Source: an uncultured virus (IMG/VR IMGVR_UViG_3300014159_000004) (taxonomy: Duplodnaviria; Heunggongvirae; Uroviricota; Caudoviricetes). Taken from it: a stretch of 33,188 nucleotides of DNA. Below, piece after piece: positions 8,162 through 15,386 of this stretch. Each line of letters starts with the position of its first letter. The stretch's first letter is position 1. The notes beneath the pieces are model-generated. The model did no database searches and was not told the origin of the DNA. It saw only the letters and a program-made list of their open reading frames with translations. Location of the stretch: IMG/VR virus record IMGVR_UViG_3300014159_000004. The stretch is one strand, 5' to 3'. Position numbers and translations under genes: made by a program.

Positions 8162-8175
8162 CTGACGCTATTTGC

Positions 8176-8247
8176 GCGGGCGAGTCGGCAAGGTGCCGAG
8201 CGTGGTTGCCATCCACGTCCAGGCGAGTTCGATTCTCGTCGCCCGCT
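8176..8247 (+). tRNA. tRNA-Gly(GCC)
   Basis: cgtgg-TTGCCAT-ccacg; U73. Confidence 0.88.
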
Positions 8248-8252
8248 CTAGT

Positions 8253-8321
8253 GAGCCGATCTTCCGGCGAAGGACGCTGATTGCAACCTAGCGAAGCCCG
8301 GTTCAACTCCGGGTCGGCTCT
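8253..8321 (+). tRNA. tRNA-Cys(GCA)
   Basis: gctga-TTGCAAC-ctagc; U73. Confidence 0.8.
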
Positions 8322-8353
8322 CCGGGCGAGGCGCAGCGATGCGCCGAGCCTGC

Positions 8354-8424
8354 GCGCTCGTCCCGGCGGATCCGGGCATGGCACTTCTAAGGCCGTTGAC
8401 TCGTTTCGACTACGAGCGAGCGTT
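8354..8424 (+). tRNA. tRNA-Arg(TCT)
   Basis: tggca-CTTCTAA-ggccg. Confidence 0.75.
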
Positions 8425-8426
8425 CC

Positions 8427-8499
8427 CTCGTCGTTCCGGCGGATTTCCGGACCGGAGTTTCCGAAACTTCGTGCCCGGGTCCGACTCCCGGCGACGAGA
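8427..8499 (+). tRNA. tRNA-Arg(CCG)
   Basis: ggagt-TTCCGAA-acttc. Confidence 0.78.
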
Positions 8500-8500
8500 C

Positions 8501-8570
8501 CTCCCTGCCAGCGGACCTGGCGTCGACGCTACGAACGTTGATTGCGGCCGTTCAACTCGGTCCAGGGAGA
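8501..8570 (+). tRNA. tRNA-Arg(ACG)
   Basis: cgacg-CTACGAA-cgttg. Confidence 0.8.
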
Positions 8571-8571
8571 C

Positions 8572-8647
8572 CGCGGGGTGGCGTAGATTTAGTCGCCAGG
8601 TGGGCCCATAACCCTCCCGATGCCGGATGCAACACCGGTCTCCGCAA
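8572..8647 (+). tRNA. Initiator-type tRNA-fMet(CAT)
   Basis: CGCGGGG start with C1:A72 mismatch; GGG/CCC anticodon stem; loop CCCATAA; atypical T-loop. Confidence 0.8.
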
Positions 8648-8649
8648 CC

Positions 8650-8719
8650 GCCGACGACGACCGGGATCGAGCGCGCTCTCATAAGGCGCTGCAGTGGGGT
8701 TCGACTCCCCACGTCGGCA
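8650..8719 (+). tRNA. tRNA-Met(CAT), elongator (or Ile2)
   Basis: gcgct-CTCATAA-ggcgc. Confidence 0.8.
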
Positions 8720-8720
8720 C

Positions 8721-8788
8721 CGGAGGATACCTGGCGGGAGCATGCGCCCTACAAGCGCGAGCGCGGGGTCCGATTCCCCGGCCTCCGA
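8721..8788 (+). tRNA. tRNA-Val(TAC)
   Basis: tgcgc-CCTACAA-gcgcg. Confidence 0.75.
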
Positions 8789-8789
8789 C

Positions 8790-8868
8790 CGGACGCGTGC
8801 CTAAGCCGGCGGTCCCGGCGCACGTCTTATGAGCGTGTGGCTCGAGGGTTCAACTCCTGCGCGTCCGA
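8790..8868 (+). tRNA. tRNA-Ile(TAT), atypical
   Basis: cacgt-CTTATGA-gcgtg; cggacgc/gcgtccg acceptor; elongated D region. Confidence 0.65.
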
Positions 8869-8874
8869 CTCAAT

Positions 8875-8946
8875 GCGAGGCATGGCTGCTGGTGCAGCCA
8901 CCGGCTCGACACGCCGGCTAGGAGGGTTCGATCCCCTCGCCTCGCA
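8875..8946 (+). tRNA. tRNA-Val(GAC)
   Basis: ccggc-TCGACAC-gccgg. Confidence 0.85.
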
Positions 8947-8948
8947 CC

Positions 8949-9020
8949 CCGCCCAGAGGCCCGGTTGGCCTGCGATTGCTGATAACGATCGCGCGCTGCG
9001 TTCAACTCGCAGTGGGCGGA
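8949..9020 (+). tRNA. tRNA-Ile(GAT)
   Basis: gattg-CTGATAA-cgatc. Confidence 0.82.
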
Positions 9021-9044
9021 CAACGTGCTAGATCGAACCGCGCG

Positions 9045-9566
9045 ATGGAACCGCAGACGCTCGTGCTCACCCCGCACATGACTCCCCACCGGATCGCCGG
9101 TTGGCAGGAAGCGATCGTGCTCGTCTACACGGACAAGGTCGACGTGCTCGAGGAGTACGAGGCGACGATCTCGAGCCCGTCGGTGACGTTGCAGGTGCCC
9201 GCGGTGCTGCGCCTGCGCAAGGAGATGTCGCTCTTCAAGAAGGGCACGAAGTACAGCCCAGCGAACGTCATGCTCCGTGACAAGCACACGTGCTGCTACT
9301 GCGGCCAGAAGAAGCGGCCGCGCGATCTCAACATCGACCACGTCGTCCCGCGCGCGCAGGGCGGCAAGACGACGTGGCTGAACTGCGTCTCCTCGTGCCC
9401 GAGCTGCAACCGCCGCAAGGGGGCGCGCACGCCGGCGCAGGCAGGACTGAAGATGCACTTCCAGCCGCACGTGCCCAGGCAGTTGCCGTTCGCGCCGCTG
9501 CTGCTCATCGCGAAGGTGCCCGACCTATGGGTCCCCTACCTGTCGGCGAGCGCGCAGACGGCGTAG
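9045..9566 (+). CDS. HNH endonuclease (McrA/HNH_5-like) inside the tRNA array
   Basis: RDKHTCCYCG...NIDHVVPRAQGGKTTWLNCVSSCPSCNRRKG. Confidence 0.93.
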   Translation: MEPQTLVLTPHMTPHRIAGWQEAIVLVYTDKVDVLEEYEATISSPSVTLQVPAVLRLRKEMSLFKKGTKYSPANVMLRDKHTCCYCGQKKRPRDLNIDHVVPRAQGGKTTWLNCVSSCPSCNRRKGARTPAQAGLKMHFQPHVPRQLPFAPLLLIAKVPDLWVPYLSASAQTA

Positions 9567-9577
9567 CAAAAAAGTTT

Positions 9578-9668
9578 GGAAGGTACCGCTGAATGGTCGG
9601 CAATCCGGTTCGAACCCGGAGGCGTGGTGTAACCCATCACGGGCGTTCGATTCGTCTACTTTCCGCCA
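9578..9668 (+). tRNA. tRNA-Ser(CGA)
   Basis: tccgg-TTCGAAC-ccgga; long variable arm; G73 and CCA. Confidence 0.9.
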
Positions 9669-9681
9669 ACGTGAAAGCACT

Positions 9682-9766
9682 GGAAGAGGAACCGCGCGGG
9701 GCGCGGGCCGGTTTGCTAAACCGCGCGGCGGCATGAGCCGCTCTGGGTCGGGACCAGTCTCTTCCT
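9682..9766 (+). tRNA. tRNA-Ser(GCT), degenerate T-arm
   Basis: cggt-TTGCTAA-accg; long variable arm. Confidence 0.7.
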
Positions 9767-9776
9767 CCGTTGCGTC

Positions 9777-9860
9777 GTGCCTCGAGCGGGACTCGAACCC
9801 GCAAGCTCCGAAGAGCGGCGATTTTTAGGACCGCCTGGTCTACCGTTCCTCCACCGAGGC
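9777..9860 (-). tRNA. tRNA-Leu(TAA)
   Basis: Reverse complement gcggt-CCTAAAA-atcgc; long variable arm. Confidence 0.85.
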
Positions 9861-9865
9861 CCTCG

Positions 9866-9946
9866 TACTCCGGGCGCGAGTCGAACGCGCATGCCTTGCG
9901 GCACCCGATCTTGAATCGGGCGTGGATACCGTTTCACCACCGGAGC
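9866..9946 (-). tRNA. tRNA-Leu(CAA)
   Basis: Reverse complement cccga-TTCAAGA-tcggg. Confidence 0.88.
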
Positions 9947-9956
9947 ATTCACTTCG

Positions 9957-10039
9957 TACGCGGGGAGGGAGTTGAACCCTCACGCCCTCTCGGGCACGAC
10001 CACCTCAAGGTCGCGTGACTGCCATTCCACCACCCGCGT
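9957..10039 (-). tRNA. tRNA-Leu(GAG)
   Basis: Reverse complement cgacc-TTGAGGT-ggtcg. Confidence 0.88.
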
Positions 10040-10112
10040 GGGTAGTGGGTCAGTTTGAGTTTCGCGTCATGACGCGCTTGCGTGACCGGTCAAGCATGGT
10101 CAAGCTCGCGGC

Positions 10113-10430
10113 ATGGCGATTCTACGTGAGCGTGTGGCGTGGTCGAAGCCGAGGGCTAGGCGTGGTCCGGACCTGAGCCCAGACGAACAGAAGGCGGTCA
10201 AGAAGGCTCTTGCGTTCCTCGCCAAGCGCCACGGCTCCCTCGTGAAGCTGTCCGCCGCGATGGGCCTGAAGCCAGACGCGGTCGTCCATGCGGCCAGAGA
10301 GCGCGGGAGCGTTACGGCGGGCGTCGCGCTCCGGGCTGCTCGCGCTGCCGGAGTGCCTCTGGAAGACCTCCTAGCCGGCCGGTGGCCCGAGGCTGGCACT
10401 TGCCCTCTCTGCGGCCGGAAGGCAGGATGA
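10113..10430 (+). CDS. Small HTH-like regulator with C-terminal CxxC
   Basis: SLVKLSAAMGLKPDAV helix pattern; CPLCG. Confidence 0.6.
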   Translation: MAILRERVAWSKPRARRGPDLSPDEQKAVKKALAFLAKRHGSLVKLSAAMGLKPDAVVHAARERGSVTAGVALRAARAAGVPLEDLLAGRWPEAGTCPLCGRKAG

Positions 10431-10434
10431 AGGC

Positions 10435-10701
10435 GTGCCTAAGCGGTCAAGCAAGAGCCCGAAACGCCCGACGGACGTGAACTCGCTGGCGGCGTCGATC
10501 GTCGCGGCGGCAACCGACGAGACGCCCCCGGAAGAGAAGGCCGAGCCGACACCCGAGGAACTGGCGCACGCGGCGGCCGTGGCCCTCGGAAGGCTCGGTG
10601 GATTGAAGGGCGGAAGAGCGCGAGCGGAGAGTCTGTCGAAGAAGAAACGTAGTGACATCGCCAAGAAAGCGGCGAAGGCGAGGTGGAGCGCAAAGCCGTG
10701 A
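10435..10701 (+). CDS. Small basic protein of the type found beside IS1-like transposases
   Basis: RPTDVNSLA...AAVALGRLGGLKGGRARAESLS...IAKKAAKARW. Confidence 0.75.
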   Translation: MPKRSSKSPKRPTDVNSLAASIVAAATDETPPEEKAEPTPEELAHAAAVALGRLGGLKGGRARAESLSKKKRSDIAKKAAKARWSAKP

Positions 10702-10752
10702 CGCGTTCGCGATTGACGAGCCGGACCGTTGCGTGATCGCATGCATCGTCAA

Positions 10753-11730
10753 ATGCCTGAGGACGAAAAAAAGCCGCCGTACATCAAGCAGCCGGCCAAG
10801 GACGATCAGCGTCCATTTCAGCGCGTGCTGAGCGAGCACGATCTATTTGCTTCGCAGCGATTGACCCGGCGTGGCCTGCTTCAAAAAATCGAGGCCGAGA
10901 CGACCGGTGAGAGGTCCGCCACCATCGGCTTCATTGGCCGCGGCGCGATCGATCCCAGAGACATCACGGCCTTTGGCGATGTCCTGATGTCGGTCGGTGA
11001 TGTCGATGTCCTCAACCTGATCATCGATAGTCCTGGCGGCGACGGTTCTACGGCGGAGAAACTGATCGAACTGTGCCGCGCCTACTGCAAGACTTTCCGG
11101 GTAATGATCCCTAACCGCGCAAAGAGTGCGGGCACGATCATCGCGCTCGGCGCCGATGAGATCGTGATGGGGCACTGCTCCGAATTGGGTCCAATCGACG
11201 CGCAGGTGCCTGTGATCGTGGGCGAGATCCCTCGATACATCTCGGCACAGTCGTTTATCGACGCTCAGTTGGATCTACAGGCTGAATTTGCAAAGCGCAT
11301 CGCCGCGAATGGAAAGGCGGACGTGCGCGACATCCTGCAACAACTTGCCGCGCTCAACCTGCCGTTTATTGACCACTGCAAGAAACTCATGGGCTTCTCG
11401 CGTGACGTTGCAGAGAAGAATCTGGCCGCGCACATGTTTCGGGATGTTCAGCCCGATGCCGAGCGCAACCAAAAGGTTGCAAAGGTCATCAAGGGGCTCT
11501 CGCATCCAGAGAACTTTCAGGTGCACTCGCGAATGATCGACGGCAACACGGCCAAAACCAAGCTGGGGCTAAATGTGCGGCTTCTCGGCAAAGACGACGA
11601 ACTGTGGGCCGCGATCTGGCAGTACTACATTCGCGCGGACGTTTTTCTCTCGGGCGCCCACGGCCCCGGGGCGTCTAAGCTGGTCGAATCACGGGTGGAG
11701 AGCCTACATCTAACGGCGGAACTGGAATGA
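10753..11730 (+). CDS. ClpP/S49-like serine peptidase (SDH_sah-type); start uncertain (10729-10753)
   Basis: LNLIIDSPGG, AKSAGTIIALGADEIVMG, SELGPIDAQ. Confidence 0.85.
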   Translation: MPEDEKKPPYIKQPAKDDQRPFQRVLSEHDLFASQRLTRRGLLQKIEAETTGERSATIGFIGRGAIDPRDITAFGDVLMSVGDVDVLNLIIDSPGGDGSTAEKLIELCRAYCKTFRVMIPNRAKSAGTIIALGADEIVMGHCSELGPIDAQVPVIVGEIPRYISAQSFIDAQLDLQAEFAKRIAANGKADVRDILQQLAALNLPFIDHCKKLMGFSRDVAEKNLAAHMFRDVQPDAERNQKVAKVIKGLSHPENFQVHSRMIDGNTAKTKLGLNVRLLGKDDELWAAIWQYYIRADVFLSGAHGPGASKLVESRVESLHLTAELE

Positions 11731-11753
11731 CTATTGCTACGCGAGAGGGGACC

Positions 11754-11969
11754 ATGAACCGACCGACCGATAACCAGAATCCGGATGGCCACAGCTCCGA
11801 GGTCAGTCAGGCGCTGGAACTGTTCAACAGTACAGATGCAGCGCGGGACGCCGCTACAGCTCTGGAGGTGATGCGCTTGGCTGGTGCTAGCCGACGTGCG
11901 CGCACAGAACGCCGGTTCAGTCTGTCCATCAGTGGCGGGTATGTTCGATGCGAGGACGACGGCGCTTAA
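11754..11969 (+). CDS. Hypothetical protein
   Basis: GAGGGG RBS before ATG; short ORF. Confidence 0.4.
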   Translation: MNRPTDNQNPDGHSSEVSQALELFNSTDAARDAATALEVMRLAGASRRARTERRFSLSISGGYVRCEDDGA

Positions 11970-12046
11970 AGTCGCTGTTGACAATTTGTCGCTGTCGATG
12001 ACCCTACAGGGGCAATGCAGTCACGATGACAGTCAAAGTGAACCGG

Positions 12047-12079
12047 ATGCTTGACTGAGCCTCAACGGTCAAGCATACT
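12047..12079 (+). promoter_or_regulatory. Transposase promoter overlapped by an inverted-repeat operator
   Basis: TTGACT-N17-CATACT; IR ATGCTTGAC/GTCAAGCAT (12047-12055 and 12068-12076). Confidence 0.7.
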
Positions 12080-12086
12080 GTCCAGT

Positions 12087-12959
12087 ATGAACACGCTGGA
12101 CGCCGCCACCCGCACCCGCATCGTCTCGGCCCTGGTCGAGGGGAACTCGATCCGCGCGACGTGCCGCATGACCGGCGCGGCGAAGGGCACCGTCTTGAAG
12201 CTCCTGGCGGACCTCGGCGCCGCCTGCCGCGCGTACCACGACGCGAACGTGCGCGGCCTGCACTGCAAGCGGCTCCAGTGCGACGAGATCTGGTCCTTCT
12301 GCGGCGCCAAGGACAAGAATGTCCTGCCCGACGAGGAAGGCTTCGGGCGCGGCTCGATCTGGACGTGGACCGCGCTCGACGCGGACACGAAGCTGATCGC
12401 CGGCTACCACATCGGCACGCGCGACGCTGGCTGCGCCTACGAGTTCATGACCGACCTCGCGTCACGCATCGAGACGCGCGTGCAGCTCACGACCGACGGA
12501 CACAAGGCGTACATCAACGCGGTCGCCGACGCGTTCGGGCCGTCGAATATCGACTACGCGATGCTCGTGAAGCTGTTTGGCGAGACGCCGGCCGGCGCAG
12601 GTCGCTACAGCCCGCCCGCGTGCATCGGGATCGAGATGCGCCCGATCATGGGCGAGCCGGACATGGAGCACGTGTCGACCTCGTACGTCGAACGCCAGAA
12701 CCTCACGATGCGGATGTCGATGCGCCGGTTCACGCGGCTCACGAACGCGTTCTCGAAGAAGTGCGAGAACCTCGCGCACGCGGTCGCGCTCCACTTCATG
12801 CATTACAACTTCTGCCGCGTGCACCAGACGCTCCGCGTGACGCCGGCCATGGCCGCGGGGCTCACGGATCATGTGTGGGAGATCGGCGAATTGATCGCGC
12901 TCATGCCGAAGCCGGTCGCGAAGCCGTGGGGGAGCGTGAAGCGCGCGGCGGTCGCCTGA
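12087..12959 (+). CDS. IS1-family DDE transposase, single ORF
   Basis: HTH (EGNSIRATCRMTG), QCDEIWSF, LTTDG, STSYVERQNLTMR...RFTRLT. Confidence 0.9.
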   Translation: MNTLDAATRTRIVSALVEGNSIRATCRMTGAAKGTVLKLLADLGAACRAYHDANVRGLHCKRLQCDEIWSFCGAKDKNVLPDEEGFGRGSIWTWTALDADTKLIAGYHIGTRDAGCAYEFMTDLASRIETRVQLTTDGHKAYINAVADAFGPSNIDYAMLVKLFGETPAGAGRYSPPACIGIEMRPIMGEPDMEHVSTSYVERQNLTMRMSMRRFTRLTNAFSKKCENLAHAVALHFMHYNFCRVHQTLRVTPAMAAGLTDHVWEIGELIALMPKPVAKPWGSVKRAAVA

Positions 12960-12963
12960 TCGG

Positions 12964-13356
12964 TCAACGCTGCGGCACCTTTGCCTTGAAGCCTCGCGGG
13001 GTGAATTGCGAACGGTGGAGCCCGATCCGCATCCTAGATAGGAGCGCGTCTGCAATGCACGTCTGTTTGCGGCCTGGTTGCAACGTATCGGTGTCCCCGG
13101 CCTCTACCTCTCGAAGGCCTCGGTAGAACACGTAGCTTTCGTGGGTGATGAACGGGTGCGCGTCCGGATCGCCGGGGCGAAGGATGCACGAGCGGTCCAC
13201 GAACCTATCCACCGTCGTGACGTTCACGATCGTGGCGCACACCGCGAGCGAATAGTCGGGCGTGTAGACAGCCAGGACGACCCACAGGTGATCGACGACC
13301 GCCGTCTTCGACGGGTTGAGCAGAAACGCATCCCCCGCCTCGACGGTTCCCCTCAC
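12964..13356 (-). CDS. Putative toxin, PemK/MazF-like fold
   Basis: GDAFLL...HLWVVL...IVNVTT...HPFITHESYV; coupled downstream of a Panacea gene. Confidence 0.55.
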   Translation of the reverse strand: MRGTVEAGDAFLLNPSKTAVVDHLWVVLAVYTPDYSLAVCATIVNVTTVDRFVDRSCILRPGDPDAHPFITHESYVFYRGLREVEAGDTDTLQPGRKQTCIADALLSRMRIGLHRSQFTPRGFKAKVPQR

Positions 13357-13934
13357 GACGAATGGATCAACCTATCGACTGCTGCGAGATACTTTGCGCG
13401 CTTGGCGCGATCGCTGATTGCTTCGTCGTTCTCGCCGACCGCGCGGAGAATGTCAGCGGCCGGCAATGGTGCAACCTTCGCGGGCTTGGGGTGCTTCCAC
13501 TCCGGAAGCCCGTGGACCACGTCGATCAGATGCGTGTATGAAACACGCTTATACTTCTTCGCGAGATCTGTCAGAACGCCGACGTCGTAATCCGAAAGCT
13601 GATCGTCGCCCGGGTCCTCTACAAGCTCGACGTTGTAGCCTTGGGTGCGGATGCAGTGGTCCCAAAGACTGTCGGCGACCTCGACCTCCCCCTTGATGCA
13701 GTTGTAGACCTCACTCAGAACAGGCCCGTTCGCCATGGACACGAACGTAGAGCCGGTGATCGGCTGACCGGTCTCGATCAGCGATTGCCTGTCGGCGAGG
13801 TACAGCTCCTTCAGGATGGACGTGTAGTTCTCGGTACCACCAGCCTCGCGCAGGAGAACGGCAGCAGCTTGCACGGCTCGACGTTCGTCAAACCGGAACC
13901 TGAGTTCGCCCCCCGCTTCCAATAGCATCGTCAA
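13353..13934 (-). CDS. Panacea (DUF4065/SocA-like) antitoxin
   Basis: LKELYLADRQSL..TGQPITG..FVSMANGPVLSEVY. Confidence 0.85.
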   Translation of the reverse strand: MTMLLEAGGELRFRFDERRAVQAAAVLLREAGGTENYTSILKELYLADRQSLIETGQPITGSTFVSMANGPVLSEVYNCIKGEVEVADSLWDHCIRTQGYNVELVEDPGDDQLSDYDVGVLTDLAKKYKRVSYTHLIDVVHGLPEWKHPKPAKVAPLPAADILRAVGENDEAISDRAKRAKYLAAVDRLIHSS

Positions 13935-14069
13935 CCACCATCTACCGATCCGCGCCTGCCCACGCGTTCAGGCTAACGCTAACGTATGACATCTGCAAGC
14001 CTCAATGCTTGAGCGGTCACGCAACGCGCCGCGTCAGCCCAACTCAAACTGACCCACTACCCCCGCGTG

Positions 14070-14137
14070 TCCGGGCCGAGGGGATCGAACCCTCTTCGCC
14101 GGATTCAAAATCCGGCTCCCCACCATGGGTGGCCCGA
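14070..14137 (-). tRNA. tRNA-Gln(TTG)
   Basis: Reverse complement ccgga-TTTTGAA-tccgg. Confidence 0.82.
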
Positions 14138-14138
14138 G

Positions 14139-14221
14139 TGCGTTGGGAGGGAGTTGAACCCTCACGACCTTGCGGTCACTGCGGTCTGAACGCAGCGCGG
14201 ATACCGTTTCGCCACCAACGC
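14139..14221 (-). tRNA. tRNA-Leu(CAG)
   Basis: Reverse complement ctgcg-TTCAGAC-cgcag; long variable arm. Confidence 0.9.
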
Positions 14222-14333
14222 GCGTGACTCTGTCACCAGCCCCTATAAGGGCAGGACAAGACGCAAGCGTTGCGATAGGCGGAACGTGTGCACGACGGGG
14301 ATAACACTGACACGTCTCCGAGCAGCGCGCAAG

Positions 14334-14687
14334 CTACGCCCCCTCGATCGCGCCCCCGCGGACGTGGAAGTGCGCGCCGCACCCATCCCCGGTGAGCCGG
14401 ACGCTCGACGAGCCGGCGACGAGCGTCAGGTCGTCGAGGCTCGTTCCCACAAATTCCCACCGGCCCGGCTTCGGGTCAACGTCGGGCGGCACGCGCGGGC
14501 GCCAGCAGATGACCGCGTGCGTGCCGACTCGGCCGCCGTTGGCCTCGAAACACTTGGGGCAGTAGAAACACACCCCGTCGGCGTCCTCGATGCGGTCGAC
14601 GACGCGGTGGCCCTCGCCGCCGTCGACGACCTCGCGGCGGATGAACCCGAAGCAGTCGTCGGCGTCGACGAGGTCGCGGAGCCTCAC
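14334..14687 (-). CDS. Small Cys/His protein (DUF6527-like)
   Basis: FYCPKC...H...W...LTL..S..V...CGAHFHVRGG; GTG overlaps upstream stop. Confidence 0.6.
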   Translation of the reverse strand: MRLRDLVDADDCFGFIRREVVDGGEGHRVVDRIEDADGVCFYCPKCFEANGGRVGTHAVICWRPRVPPDVDPKPGRWEFVGTSLDDLTLVAGSSSVRLTGDGCGAHFHVRGGAIEGA

Positions 14688-14932
14688 TCGTCGGCCTCCA
14701 GCTTGTCGAGTCGCGCGATCTGGTCGCACAGTCGCCTGCGCGCGCAGCGCCAGGAGCAGGCGTCGAAGTGCTCGCTCGCCGACGCGCGCTCTCCAGACCG
14801 ACCGTCCGCAACCGACAGCATCACGATGAGGCCGTTCGTGTTGCGCGGGGAGGTCACCGCGATGGAGTTCCCGCAGACCGCGCACGCAATCGGCTCGGCC
14901 TCGCGAGCGACGGGGGACCCCTTGCGCCTCAT
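14684..14932 (-). CDS. Hypothetical Zn-binding protein
   Basis: CAVC...CSWRC; ATGA coupling. Confidence 0.55.
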   Translation of the reverse strand: MRRKGSPVAREAEPIACAVCGNSIAVTSPRNTNGLIVMLSVADGRSGERASASEHFDACSWRCARRRLCDQIARLDKLEADE

Positions 14933-15339
14933 CGCGCCTTTGGGCGCCTCGCCAGCCCCTCGCGCACCCCCTGCGTCACGAGCGTGAGCTCCTTCGGGCT
15001 CAGCGTGGCGCACGTCGCGATGAGCCTGGTGACCGTGCGCGCGCTCACGGCCGTCCCGGCGCGCTCCGGGTGGGGCGCCACCGGCGGCAGCTTGGGTAGC
15101 GGAGGCAGCTTGGTCTCGTCGATCTTGCCCGCGGCGTCGTGGGGCACGCTCACCTTGAGCGTGCCCTTCGCGATCCCGGCGCGCACGCCGGCCGTGACGG
15201 CCGCGAGCTCCGGGTCGTTGAGCGAGAGCGCCATCGCGACGCAGTGGGCGACGAGCGCGAGGTCGGGGTCCACGCGGGCGGTCTTCTTCTTCGCGCGGAT
15301 CGCTTCCCGGAAGGCGGTGACGGCGGCGGATTCGGGCAT
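14929..15339 (-). CDS. Hypothetical protein
   Basis: ORF from ATG 15339 coupled to next gene. Confidence 0.6.
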   Translation of the reverse strand: MPESAAVTAFREAIRAKKKTARVDPDLALVAHCVAMALSLNDPELAAVTAGVRAGIAKGTLKVSVPHDAAGKIDETKLPPLPKLPPVAPHPERAGTAVSARTVTRLIATCATLSPKELTLVTQGVREGLARRPKAR

Positions 15340-15386
15340 GCCTGGGAGGGTAGCACCGTGCACAGCCGCCCGCAGTCGGCACTTGC

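Larger units (their letters stand above)
10041..14061. mobile_element. IS1-family transposon carrying passenger genes (4021 bp)
   Basis: Perfect 21-bp IRs GGTAGTGGGTCAGTTTGAGTT (10041-10061 and 14041-14061); 8-bp TSD CCCGCGTG (10033-10040 and 14062-14069); internal DDE transposase. Confidence 0.93.

Noticed and set aside
6635..9031. Many short ORFs over the tRNA array
   Set aside because: The sequence is explained by tRNA cloverleaves.
10041..14061. Composite transposon made of two IS copies
   Set aside because: Only one transposase and one IR pair are present.
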